DNA from: the human T2T-CHM13v2.0 reference genome, Homo sapiens
Length of the DNA stretch: 64,000 bases
Reading direction: 5' to 3' (one strand)
Assembly (NCBI RefSeq): GCF_009914755.1
Contig: NC_060948.1
A program made the position numbers and the translations under genes. The notes beneath the pieces are model-generated. The model did not search any database and was not told the DNA's origin. It saw only the letters and a program-made list of their open reading frames with translations. This document shows, piece by piece, positions 41,974-56,278 of this stretch (the first letter of the stretch is position 1; each line of letters opens with the position of its first letter).

Positions 41974-44900
41974 AATGCACTCGAATGCAATGGAGTCGAA
42001 ACTAATGGACTGGAATAGAATGGACTCGACTGGTACGGACTCCAATGGAATGGAATCGAATGGAAGGGAATCGAACGGAAGGGAATCGAACGGAATGGAC
42101 TCGAAGGGAAAAGACTGCAATGGAAAGGTCTCGAATGGAATGGAAATTAATGGAATGGAATGGAATCGAATGAAATGGAGTCAAAAGGAATGGAATCGAA
42201 TGGCAAGAAATCGAATGTAATGGAATCGCCAGGAATTGATGTGAACGGAACGGAATGGAATGGAATCCAAAGGAATGGAATAGAATGGAATGGAATCGAA
42301 TGGAAAGGACTCCAATGGAAATCACTCGAATAGAATGCAATTTAATAAAATAGGATCAAATGTAATGGAATGGAATGGAAAGGAATCGAAACGAAAGGAA
42401 TGGAGACAGATGGAATGGAATGGAACAGAGAGCAATGGTATAGAATGGAATGGAATCATCTGGAATGGAATTGAATGGAATGGAATAATATGAAATGGAA
42501 TGGAATGGAATGGAGTGGAATGCCCTTGAATTAAATGGACTGGAATGGAATGGACTCAAACAGAGTGGAATGGAAAGTGTGGAGATAGAATGGAATGAAC
42601 TCCTTTGGAATGGTGTAGTATGCAATGCAATCGACTGGCAGGGAATCAAAAGAAATGTAATCGAATGGATTGGACTGGAATGCAATGGACTCGAATAGAT
42701 TGGAAACGGTATGCAAAGGAATGGAATGGAATAGTATGGAATGCAATGGAAGGGAATGGAGTGGAATAGACTAGAGTGGAATGGAATGGACTGGAAAGCA
42801 ATGGACTGGAATGGAACTTTCTTGGATGGACTGGAATCAAACGGAATGGAATGCAATGCAATCAAATGGCATGGAATAAAATAGAATGAAAGAGAATCAA
42901 ATGGAATTGAATCGAATGGAATCGAATGGATTGGAAATGAATAGAATGGAATGGAATGGAATTGACTCAAATGGAATGGACTAGAATGGAATGGATTCGA
43001 ATGGAAGGCAAAGGAATGGAATCTATTGGAATGGACTGTAATGGAATGGAATGGAAGGGATTGGAATGGACTCGAATGGAATGGACTGCAATAGAAAGGA
43101 TTCGAATGGAATGAAAAAGAATTGAATGGAATAGAACAGAATGGAATCAAATCGAATGAAATGGAATGGAATAGAAAGGAATGGAATGAAATGGAATGGA
43201 AAGGATTCGAATGTAATGCAATCGAATGGAATGGAATCGAACGGAATGGAATAAAATGGAAGAAAACTGGCAAGAAATGGAATCGAAATGAATGGAGTGT
43301 TATGGAACGGACTCAAACGGAATTGAATGTAATAGAATGGAGTGGAGTGGACTCGAATATAATGGACTGGAATGGAATGAAATCACATGGAATGGGAACG
43401 AATGGAATGGAATGGAAAGGAATGGAATCGAATGGAAAGGAATCGAATGGAAGGGAATGAAATTGAATCAACAGGAATGGAAGGGAATAGAATAGACGGT
43501 AATGGAATGGACTCGAATAGAATGGACACGAATGCTCAAATTAAATGGACTCGAATGGAATGGAAACGAAAGGAATGTCATCGAATGGAATTGAATCGAT
43601 TGGAATGAAATCGCATAGAATGGAGTGGAATCAAATGGAATTGAATCGAAAGGAAAGGAAGCGAATGGACTGAAATGAAATGGAATGGAATTGTATGGAA
43701 AGTAATGCAATGGAATAGAATGGAACGAAATTTCACGGAATGGAATCAAACTGAATGGAATCAAATCAATGGAATCAAATCAAATGGAATGGAAAGGAAT
43801 TGAATGGAGTAGATGGGATTGGATGGGATTGGAATGAAATGTACTGGAAAGGACTCGAATTTCATGAAACGGAATGGAATGAATTGGAACGGAATGGACT
43901 CGAATGGAATGGAATGTCATGGGATGGCATCAAATGGAATGGCATCAAATGGAATGGAATCGAATGCAATGGAATGCTGTGGAATGGAATGGAATGCATT
44001 GGAATGGAATGTCCTCTAATGGAATGGATTCGAGTGGAATGGAATTGAATATAATGGAGTCGAATGAAATGGAATTGAAAGGAATGGGATCGAATACAAT
44101 GGAATATACTGGAATGTAACGTAATGAACTCGAATGTAATTGACTGGAATGGAATGTACATGAATGGAATGTAATCGAATGGAAAGTAATCCAATGGAAT
44201 AGAATCTAATGCAATAAAATCGACTCAGATAGAGTAGAATGTAATGGAATGGAGTGCAGTGCAATGGAATGGAATGGAATGGAATGCAATGGAATGGAAT
44301 GGAATGGAATGGAATGGAATGGAATGGAATGGGATGGAATGGTATGGAATGGATAGTAATAGACTGGAGTGAAATGGACTGGAAAGGAATGGACTCAAAT
44401 TGAAAGGGCTCGAAAGGAATGGAGTCAAATGGAATGGTCTGGAATGGAATGAACACGAATGTAATGCAACCCAATAGAATGGAATCGAATGGCATGGAAT
44501 ATAAAGAAATGGAATCGAAGAGAATGGAAACAAATGGAATGGAATTGAATGGAATGGAATTGAATGGAATGGGAACGAATGGAGTGAAATTGTATGCAGT
44601 AGAAGAGAATAGAATGGAATGCAAGCGAAAGGAAAGGAATGGATTGGAATGGAATGGAATTCATTGGAATGGAAGGGAATGTAGTGTAATGGACAGGCCT
44701 GGAATAAAGTGGAATGCTACGGTCTCGAATGGAATAAAAATGTATGGAATGGAATGCAATGAAACGGAATCGAATGTCATAGAATGTAATGGAATGCAAA
44801 AAAATGGAATCCAAAATCATTGACTGGAAAGGCTGGGTGTCGAAAGGAATTGACTCCAATGGAATGGAATCGAATGGAATGGAAGTGAATAGAATCGAAC

Positions 44901-45547
44901 TAAATCGAATGGAATGGAATTGATAGGAACGGAATGGAAAGGAATGCAATGATTTGGCATGGAATGGAATCGAATGGCATCGAATGGAATGGAATGGAAT
45001 GCAATGGAATGGAATGTATTAGAATGTAATGAAGTTTAATGGAATGTACTCGAATGGATTCGACTGGAATGGAATGTTCTGGAAGTGAATGGACTCCAAT
45101 GGAATGGATTCAAAAGGAATGGAATCGTACGGAATGGAATCTAATGGAATGGAATTAAATGGAAATGAATCAAATTGAATAGCACGGAATTGAATTGAAT
45201 GGAATGGAATGCAATGGAATCTAATGAAACGGAAAGGAAAGGAATGGAATGGAATGGGCTGGAATGGAAAGGAATCGAAACGAATGGAATGGAATCGAAC
45301 TGAAGAGACTGGAATGGAATGCACTGGAATGGAAGGGAGTGTAATGGAAGGTTCTCGAAAAAAATGGAATCGAATGGAATGGAATTGAATGGAACGGAAT
45401 AGAGTCGAATGGAATTGAATGGAATGGAATGGACTAGAGTGAAATGGAATCGAACCACAAGGAATGGACAGGAATAGAATGGTCTCGAATTGAATGGAAT
45501 CGTATGGAATGGCATCAAACGGAATGGAATGGACAGCCACGGAATGG
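41974..45547 (+). repeat. DYZ1 unit 13 (3574 bp)
   Basis: Landmark spacing 41870->45444. Confidence 0.93.
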
Positions 45548-48500
45548 AATGCACTCGAATGCAATGGAGTCGAAACTAATGGACTGGAATAGAATGGACT
45601 CGACTGGTACGGACTCCAATGGAATGGAATCGAATGGAAGGGAATCGAACGGAAGGGAATCGAACGGAATGGACTCGAAGGGAAAAGACTGCAATGGAAA
45701 GGTCTCGAATGGAATGGAAATTAATGGAATGGAATGGAATCGAATGAAATGGAGTCAAAAGGAATGGAATCGAATGGCAAGAAATCGAATGTAATGGAAT
45801 CGCCAGGAATTGATGTGAACGGAACGGAATGGAATGGAATCCAAAGGAATGGAATAGAATGGAATGGAATCGAATGGAAAGGACTCGAATGGAAATCACT
45901 CGAATAGAATGCAATTTAATAAAATAGGATCAAATGTAATGGAATGGAATGGAAAGGAATCGAAACGAAAGGAATGGAGACAGATGGAATGGAATGGAAC
46001 AGAGAGCAATGGTATAGAATGGAATGGAATCATCTGGAATGGAATTGAATGGAATGGAATAATATGAAATGGAATGGAATGGAATGGAGTGGAATGCCCT
46101 TGAATTAAATGGACTGGAATGGAATGGACTCAAACAGAGTGGAATGGAAAGTGTGGAGATAGAATGGAATGAACTCCTTTGGAATGGTGTAGTATGCAAT
46201 GCAATCGACTGGCAGGGAATCAAAAGAAATGTAATCGAATGGATTGGACTGGAATGCAATGGACTCGAATAGATTGGAAACGGAATGCAAAGGAATGGAA
46301 TGGAATAGTATGGAATGCAATGGAAGGGAATGGAGTGGAATAGACTAGAGTGGAATGGAATGGACTGGAAAGCAATGGACTGGAATGGAACTTTCTTGGA
46401 TGGACTGGAATCAAACGGAATGGAATGCAATGCAATCAAATGGCATGGAATAAAATAGAATGAAAGAGAATCAAATGGAATTGAATCGAATGGAATCGAA
46501 TGGATTGGAAATGAATAGAATGGAATGGAATGGAATTGACTCAAATGGAATGGACTAGAATGGAATGGATTCGAATGGAAGGCAAAGGAATGGAATCTAT
46601 TGGAATGGACTGTAATGGAATGGAATGGAAGGGATTGGAATGGACTCGAATGGAATGGACTGCAATAGAAAGGATTCGAATGGAATGAAAAAGAATTGAA
46701 TGGAATAGAACAGAATGGAATCAAATCGAATGAAATGGAATGGAATAGAAAGGAATGGAATGAAATGGAATGGAAAGGATTCGAATGTAATGCAATCGAA
46801 TGGAATGGAATCGAACGGAATGGAATAAAATGGAAGAAAACTGGCAAGAAATGGAATCGAAATGAATGGAGTGTTATGGAACGGACTCAAACGGAATTGA
46901 ATGTAATAGAATGGAGTGGAGTGGACTCGAATATAATGGACTGGAATGGAATGAAATCACATGGAATGGGAACGAATGGAATGGAATGGAAAGGAATGGA
47001 ATCGAATGGAAAGGAATCGAATGGAAGGGAATGAAATTGAATCAACAGGAATGGAAGGGAATAGAATAGACGGTAATGGAATGGACTCGAATAGAATGGA
47101 CACGAATGCTCAAATTAAATGGACTCGAATGGAATGGAAACGAAAGGAATGTCATCGAATGGAATTGAATCGATTGGAATGAAATCGCATAGAATGGAGT
47201 GGAATCAAATGGAATTGAATCGAAAGGAAAGGAAGCGAATGGACTGAAATGAAATGGAATGGAATTGTATGGAAAGTAATGCAATGGAATAGAATGGAAC
47301 GAAATTTCACGGAATGGAATCAAACTGAATGGAATCAAATCAATGGAATCAAATCAAATGGAATGGAAAGGAATTGAATGGAGTAGATGGGATTGGATGG
47401 GATTGGAATGAAATGTACTGGAAAGGACTCGAATTTCATGAAACGGAATGGAATGAATTGGAACGGAATGGACTCGAATGGAATGGAATGTCATGGGATT
47501 GCATCAAATGGAATGGCATCAAATGGAATGGAATCGAATGCAATGGAATGCTATGGAATGGAATGGAATGCATTGGAATGGAATGTCCTCTAATGGAATG
47601 GATTCGAGTGGAATGGAATTGAATATAATGGAGTCGAATGAAATGGAATTGAAAGGAATGGGATCGAATACAATGGAATATACTGGAATGTAACGTAATG
47701 AACTCGAATGTAATTGACTGGAATGGAATGTACATGAATGGAATGTAATCGAATGGAAAGTAATCCAATGGAATAGAATCTAATGCAATAAAATCGACTC
47801 AGATAGAGTAGAATGTAATGGAATGGAGTGCAGTGCAATGGAATGGAATGGAATGGAATGCAATGGAATGGAATGGAATGGAATGCAATGGAATGGAATG
47901 TAATGGAATGGGATGGAATGGTATGGAATGGATAGTAATGGACTGGAGTGAAATGGACTGGAAAGGAATGGACTCAAATTGAAAGGGCTCGAAAGGAATG
48001 GAGTCAAATGGAATGGTCTGGAATGGAATGAACACGAATGTAATGCAACCCAATAGAATGGAATCGAATGGCATGGAATATAAAGAAATGGAATCGAAGA
48101 GAATGGAAACAAATGGAATGGAATTGAATGGAATGGAATTGAATGGAATGGGAACGAATGGAGTGAAATTGTATGCAGTAGAAGAGAATAGAATGGAATG
48201 CAAGCGAAAGGAAAGGAATGGATTGGAATGGAATGGAATTCATTGGAATGGAAGGGAATGTAGTGTAATGGACAGGCCTGGAATAAAGTGGAATGCTACG
48301 GTCTCGAATGGAATAAAAATGTATGGAATGGAATGCAATGAAACGGAATCGAATGTCATAGAATGTAATGGAATGCAAAAAAATGGAATCCAAAATCATT
48401 GACTGGAAAGGCTGGGTGTCGAAAGGAATTGACTCCAATGGAATGGAATCGAATGGAATGGAAGTGAATAGAATCGAACTAAATCGAATGGAATGGAATT

Positions 48501-49126
48501 GATAGGAACGGAATGGAAAGGAATGCAATGATTTGGCATGGAATGGAATCGAATGGCATCGAATGGAATGGAATGGAATGCAATGGAATGGAATGTATTA
48601 GAATGTAATGAACTTTAATGGAATGTACTCGAATGGATTCGACTGGAATGGAATGTTCTGGAAGTGAATGGACTCCAATGGAATGGATTCAAAAGGAATG
48701 GAATCGTACGGAATGGAATCTAATGGAATGGAATTAAATGGAAATGAATCAAATTGAATAGCACGGAATTGAATTGAATGGAATGGAATGCAATGGAATC
48801 TAATGAAACGGAAAGGAAAGGAATGGAATGGAATGGGCTGGAATGGAAAGGAATCGAAACGAATGGAATGGAATCGAACTGAAGAGACTGGAATGGAATG
48901 CACTGGAATGGAAGGGAGTGTAATGGAAGGTTCTCGAAAAAAATGGAATCGAATGGAATGGAATTGAATGGAACGGAATAGAGTCGAATGGAATTGAATG
49001 GAATGGAATGGACTAGAGTGAAATGGAATCGAACCACAAGGAATGGACAGGAATAGAATGGTCTCGAATTGAATGGAATCGTATGGAATGGCATCAAACG
49101 GAATGGAATGGACAGCCACGGAATGG
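45548..49126 (+). repeat. DYZ1 unit 14 (3579 bp)
   Basis: Landmark spacing 45444->49023; interrupted tract. Confidence 0.93.
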
Positions 49127-52100
49127 AATGCACTCGAATGCAATGGAGTCGAAACAAATGGACTGGAATAGAATGGACTCGACTGGTACGGACTCCAATG
49201 GAATGGAATCGAATGGAAGGGAATCGAACGGAAGGGAATCGAACGGAATGGACTCGAAGGGAAAAGACTGCAATGGAAAGGTCTCGAATGGAATGGAAAT
49301 TAACGGAATGGAATGGAATCGAATGAAATGGAGTCAAAAGGAATGGAATCGAATGGCAAGAAATCGAATGTAATGGAATCGCCAGGAATTGATGTGAACG
49401 GAACGGAATGGAATGGAATCCAAAGGAATGGAATAGAATGGAATGGAATCGAATGCAAAGGACTCGAATGGAAATCACTCGAATAGAATGCAATTTAATA
49501 AAATAGGATCAAATGTAATGGAATGGAATGGAAAGGAATCGAAACGAAAGGAATGGAGACAGATGGAATGGAATGGAACAGAGAGCAATGGTATAGAATG
49601 GAATGGAATCATCTGGAATGGAATTGAATGGAATGGAATAATATGAAATGGAATGGAATGGAATGGAATGGAATGCCCTTGAATTAAATGGACTGGAATG
49701 GAATGGACTCAAACAGAGTGGAATGGAAAGTGTGGAGATAGAATGGAATGAACTCCTTTGGAATGGTGTAGTATGCAATGCAATCGACTGGCAGGGAATC
49801 AAAAGGAATGTAATCTAATGGATTGGACTGGAATGCAATGGACTCGAATAGTTTGGAAACGGAATGCAAAGAATGGAATGGAATAGTATGGAATGGAATG
49901 GAAAGGAATGGAGTGGAACAGACTAGAGTGGAATGGAATGGACTGGAAAGCAATGGACTGGAATGGAACTTTCTTGAATGGACTGGAATCAAACGGAATG
50001 GAATGCAATGCAATCAAATGGCATGGAATAAAATAGAATGAAAGAGAATCAAATGGAATTGAATCGAATGGAATCGAATGGATTGGAAAGGAATAGAATG
50101 GAATGGAATGGAATTGACTCAAATGGAATGGACTAGAATGGAATGGATTAGAATGGAAGGCAAAGGAATGGAATCTATTGGAATGGACTGTAATGGAATG
50201 GAATGGAAGGGATTGGAATGGACTCGAATGGAATGGACTGCAATAGAAAGGATTCGAATGGAATGAAAAAGAATTGAATGGAATAGAACAGAATGGAATC
50301 AAATCGAATGAAATGGAATGGAATAGAAAGGAATGGAATGAAATGGAATGGAAAGGATTCGAATGTAATGCAATCGAATGGAATGGAATCGAACGGAATG
50401 GAATAAAATGGAAGAAAACTGGCAAGAAATGGAATCGAAATGAATGGAGTGTTATGGAACGGACTCAAACGGAATTGAATGTAATAGAATGGAGTGGAGT
50501 GGACTCGAATATAATGGACTGGAATGGAATGAAATCACATGGAATGGGAACGAATGGAATGGAATGGAAAGGAATGGAATCGAATGGAAAGGAATCGAAT
50601 GGAAGGGAATGAAATTGAATCAACAGGAATGGAAGGGAATAGAATAGACGGTAATGGAATGGACTCGAATAGAATGGACACGAATGCTCAAATTAAATGG
50701 ACTCGAATGGAATGGAAACGAAAGGAATGTCATCGAATGGAATTGAATCGATTGGAATGAAATCGCATAGAATGGAGTGGAATCAAATGGAATTGAATCG
50801 AAAGGAAAGGAAGCGAATGGACTGAAATGAAATGGAATGGAATTGTATGGAAAGTAATGCAATGGAATAGAATGGAACGAAATTTCACGGAATGGAATCA
50901 AACTGAATGGAATCAAATCAATGGAATCAAATCAAATGGAATGGAAAGGAATTGAATGGAGTAGATGGGATTGGATGGGATTGGAATGAAATGTACTGGA
51001 AAGGACTCGAATTTCATGAAACGGAATGGAATGAATTGGAACGGAATGGACTCGAATGGAATGGAATGTCATGGGATGGCATCAAATGGAATGGCATCAA
51101 ATGGAATGGAATCGAATGCAATGGAATGCTGTGGAATGGAATGGAATGCATTGGAATGGAATGTCCTCTAATGGAATGGATTCGAGTGGAATGGAATTGA
51201 ATATAATGGAGTCGAATGAAATGGAATTGAAAGGAATGGGATCGAATACAATGGAATATACTGGAATGTAACGTAATGAACTCGAATGTAATTGACTGGA
51301 ATGGAATGTACATGAATGGAATGTAATCGAATGGAAAGTAATCCAATGGAATAGAATCTAATGCAATAAAATCGACTCAGATAGAGTAGAATGTAATGGA
51401 ATGGAGTGCAGTGCAATGGAATGGAATGGAATGGAATGCAATGGAATGGAATGGAATGGAATGGAATGGAATGGAATGGAATGGGATGGAATGGTATGGA
51501 ATGGATAGTAATAGACTGGAGTGAAATGGACTGGAAAGGAATGGACTCAAATTGAAAGGGCTCGAAAGGAATGGAGTCAAATGGAATGGTCTGGAATGGA
51601 ATGAACACGAATGTAATGCAACCCAATAGAATGGAATCGAATGGCATGGAATATAAAGAAATGGAATCGAAGAGAATGGAAACAAATGGAATGGAATTGA
51701 ATGGAATGGAATTGAATGGAATGGGAACGAATGGAGTGAAATTGTATGCAGTAGAAGAGAATAGAATGGAATGCAAGCGAAAGGAAAGGAATGGATTGGA
51801 ATGGAATGGAATTCATTGGAATGGAAGGGAATGTAGTGTAATGGACAGGCCTGGAATAAAGTGGAATGCTACGGTCTCGAATGGAATAAAAATGTATGGA
51901 ATGGAATGCAATGAAACGGAATCGAATGTCATAGAATGTAATGGAATGCAAAAAAATGGAATCCAAAATCATTGACTGGAAAGGCTGGGTGTCGAAAGGA
52001 ATTGACTCCAATGGAATGGAATCGAATGGAATGGAAGTGAATAGAATCGAACTAAATCGAATGGAATGGAATTGATAGGAACGGAATGGAAAGGAATGCA

Positions 52101-52699
52101 ATGATTTGGCATGGAATGGAATCGAATGGCATCGAATGGAATGGAATGGAATGCAATGGAATGGAATGTATTAGAATGTAATGAAGTTTAATGGAATGTA
52201 CTCGAATGGATTCGACTGGAATGGAATGTTCTGGAAGTGAATGGACTCCAATGGAATGGATTCAAAAGGAATGGAATCGTACGGAATGGAATCTAATGGA
52301 ATGGAATTAAATGGAAATGAATCAAATTGAATAGCACGGAATTGAATTGAATGGAATGGAATGCAATGGAATCTAATGAAACGGAAAGGAAAGGAATGGA
52401 ATGGAATGGGCTGGAATGGAAAGGAATCGAAACGAATGGAATGGAATCGAACTGAAGAGACTGGAATGGAATGCACTGGAATGGAAGGGAGTGTAATGGA
52501 AGGTTCTCGAAAAAAATGGAATCGAATGGAATGGAATTGAATGGAACGGAATAGAGTCGAATGGAATTGAATGGAATGGAATGGACTAGAGTGAAATGGA
52601 ATCGAACCACAAGGAATGGACAGGAATAGAATGGTCTCGAATTGAATGGAATCGTATGGAATGGCATCAAACGGAATGGAATGGACAGCCACGGAATGG
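49127..52699 (+). repeat. DYZ1 unit 15 (3573 bp; chimeric duplication-junction unit)
   Basis: 5' part shares alleles with unit 17, 3' part with unit 13. Confidence 0.92.
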
Positions 52700-55600
52700 A
52701 ATGCACTCGAATGCAATGGAGTCGAAACTAATGGACTGGAATAGAATGGACTCGACTGGTACGGACTCCAATGGAATGGAATCGAATGGAAGGGAATCGA
52801 ACGGAAGGGAATCGAACGGAATGGACTCGAAGGGAAAAGACTGCAATGGAAAGGTCTCGAATGGAATGGAAATTAATGGAATGGAATGGAATCGAATGAA
52901 ATGGAGTCAAAAGGAATGGAATCGAATGGCAAGAAATCGAATGTAATGGAATCGCCAGGAATTGATGTGAACGGAACGGAATGGAATGGAATCCAAAGGA
53001 ATGGAATAGAATGGAATGGAATCGAATGGAAAGGACTCGAATGGAAATCACTCGAATAGAATGCAATTTAATAAAATAGGATCAAATGTAATGGAATGGA
53101 ATGGAAAGGAATCGAAACGAAAGGAATGGAGACAGATGGAATGGAATGGAACAGAGAGCAATGGTATAGAATGGAATGGAATCATCTGGAATGGAATTGA
53201 ATGGAATGGAATAATATGAAATGGAATGGAATGGAATGGAGTGGAATGCCCTTGAATTAAATGGACTGGAATGGAATGGACTCAAACAGAGTGGAATGGA
53301 AAGTGTGGAGATAGAATGGAATGAACTCCTTTGGAATGGTGTAGTATGCAATACAATCGACTGGCAGGGAATCAAAAGAAATGTAATCGAATGGATTGGA
53401 CTGGAATGCAATGGACTCGAATAGATTGGAAACGGAATGCAAAGGAATGGAATGGAATAGTATGGAATGCAATGGAAGGGAATGGAGTGGAATAGACTAG
53501 AGTGGAATGGAATGGACTGGAAAGCAATGGACTGGAATGGAACTTTCTTGGATGGACTGGAATCAAACGGAATGGAATGCAATGCAATCAAATGGCATGG
53601 AATAAAATAGAATGAAAGAGAATCAAATGGAATTGAATCGAATGGAATCGAATGGATTGGAAATGAATAGAATGGAATGGAATGGAATTGACTCAAATGG
53701 AATGGACTAGAATGGAATGGATTCGAATGGAAGGCAAAGGAATGGAATCTATTGGAATGGACTGTAATGGAATGGAATGGAAGGGATTGGAATGGACTCG
53801 AATGGAATGGACTGCAATAGAAAGGATTCGAATGGAATGAAAAAGAATTGAATGGAATAGAACAGAATGGAATCAAATCGAATGAAATGGAATGGAATAG
53901 AAAGGAATGGAATGAAATGGAATGGAAAGGATTCGAATGTAATGCAATCGAATGGAATGGAATCGAACGGAATGGAATAAAATGGAAGAAAACTGGCAAG
54001 AAATGGAATCGAAATGAATGGAGTGTTATGGAACGGACTCAAACGGAATTGAATGTAATAGAATGGAGTGGAGTGGACTCGAATATAATGGACTGGAATG
54101 GAATGAAATCACATGGAATGGGAACGAATGGAATGGAATGGAAAGGAATGGAATCGAATGGAAAGGAATCGAATGGAAGGGAATGAAATTGAATCAACAG
54201 GAATGGAAGGGAATAGAATAGACGGTAATGGAATGGACTCGAATAGAATGGACACGAATGCTCAAATTAAATGGACTCGAATGGAATGGAAACGAAAGGA
54301 ATGTCATCGAATGGAATTGAATCGATTGGAATGAAATCGCATAGAATGGAGTGGAATCAAATGGAATTGAATCGAAAGGAAAGGAAGCGAATGGACTGAA
54401 ATGAAATGGAATGGAATTGTATGGAAAGTAATGCAATGGAATAGAATGGAACGAAATTTCACGGAATGGAATCAAACTGAATGGAATCAAATCAATGGAA
54501 TCAAATCAAATGGAATGGAAAGGAATTGAATGGAGTAGATGGGATTGGATGGGATTGGAATGAAATGTACTGGAAAGGACTCGAATTTCATGAAACGGAA
54601 TGGAATGAATTGGAACGGAATGGACTCGAATGGAATGGAATGTCATGGGATTGCATCAAATGGAATGGCATCAAATGGAATGGAATCGAATGCAATGGAA
54701 TGCTATGGAATGGAATGGAATGCATTGGAATGGAATGTCCTCTAATGGAATGGATTCGAGTGGAATGGAATTGAATATAATGGAGTCGAATGAAATGGAA
54801 TTGAAAGGAATGGGATCGAATACAATGGAATATACTGGAATGTAACGTAATGAACTCGAATGTAATTGACTGGAATGGAATGTACATGAATGGAATGTAA
54901 TCGAATGGAAAGTAATCCAATGGAATAGAATCTAATGCAATAAAATCGACTCAGATAGAGTAGAATGTAATGGAATGGAGTGCAGTGCAATGGAATGGAA
55001 TGGAATGGAATGCAATGGAATGGAATGGAATGGAATGCAATGGAATGGAATGTAATGGAATGGGATGGAATGGTATGGAATGGATAGTAATGGACTGGAG
55101 TGAAATGGACTGGAAAGGAATGGACTCAAATTGAAAGGGCTCGAAAGGAATGGAGTCAAATGGAATGGTCTGGAATGGAATGAACACGAATGTAATGCAA
55201 CCCAATAGAATGGAATCGAATGGCATGGAATATAAAGAAATGGAATCGAAGAGAATGGAAACAAATGGAATGGAATTGAATGGAATGGAATTGAATGGAA
55301 TGGGAACGAATGGAGTGAAATTGTATGCAGTAGAAGAGAATAGAATGGAATGCAAGCGAAAGGAAAGGAATGGATTGGAATGGAATGGAATTCATTGGAA
55401 TGGAAGGGAATGTAGTGTAATGGACAGGCCTGGAATAAAGTGGAATGCTACGGTCTCGAATGGAATAAAAATGTATGGAATGGAATGCAATGAAACGGAA
55501 TCGAATGTCATAGAATGTAATGGAATGCAAAAAAATGGAATCCAAAATCATTGACTGGAAAGGCTGGGTGTCGAAAGGAATTGACTCCAATGGAATGGAA

Positions 55601-56278
55601 TCGAATGGAATGGAAGTGAATAGAATCGAACTAAATCGAATGGAATGGAATTGATAGGAACGGAATGGAAAGGAATGCAATGATTTGGCATGGAATGGAA
55701 TCGAATGGCATCGAATGGAATGGAATGGAATGCAATGGAATGGAATGTATTAGAATGTAATGAACTTTAATGGAATGTACTCGAATGGATTCGACTGGAA
55801 TGGAATGTTCTGGAAGTGAATGGACTCCAATGGAATGGATTCAAAAGGAATGGAATCGTACGGAATGGAATCTAATGGAATGGAATTAAATGGAAATGAA
55901 TCAAATTGAATAGCACGGAATTGAATTGAATGGAATGGAATGCAATGGAATCTAATGAAACGGAAAGGAAAGGAATGGAATGGAATGGGCTGGAATGGAA
56001 AGGAATCGAAACGAATGGAATGGAATCGAACTGAAGAGACTGGAATGGAATGCACTGGAATGGAAGGGAGTGTAATGGAAGGTTCTCGAAAAAAATGGAA
56101 TCGAATGGAATGGAATTGAATGGAACGGAATAGAGTCGAATGGAATTGAATGGAATGGAATGGACTAGAGTGAAATGGAATCGAACCACAAGGAATGGAC
56201 AGGAATAGAATGGTCTCGAATTGAATGGAATCGTATGGAATGGCATCAAACGGAATGGAATGGACAGCCACGGAATGG
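52700..56278 (+). repeat. DYZ1 unit 16 (3579 bp; near-copy of unit 14)
   Basis: Offset from unit 14 by exactly 7152 bp; same alleles except 53353 A. Confidence 0.92.
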
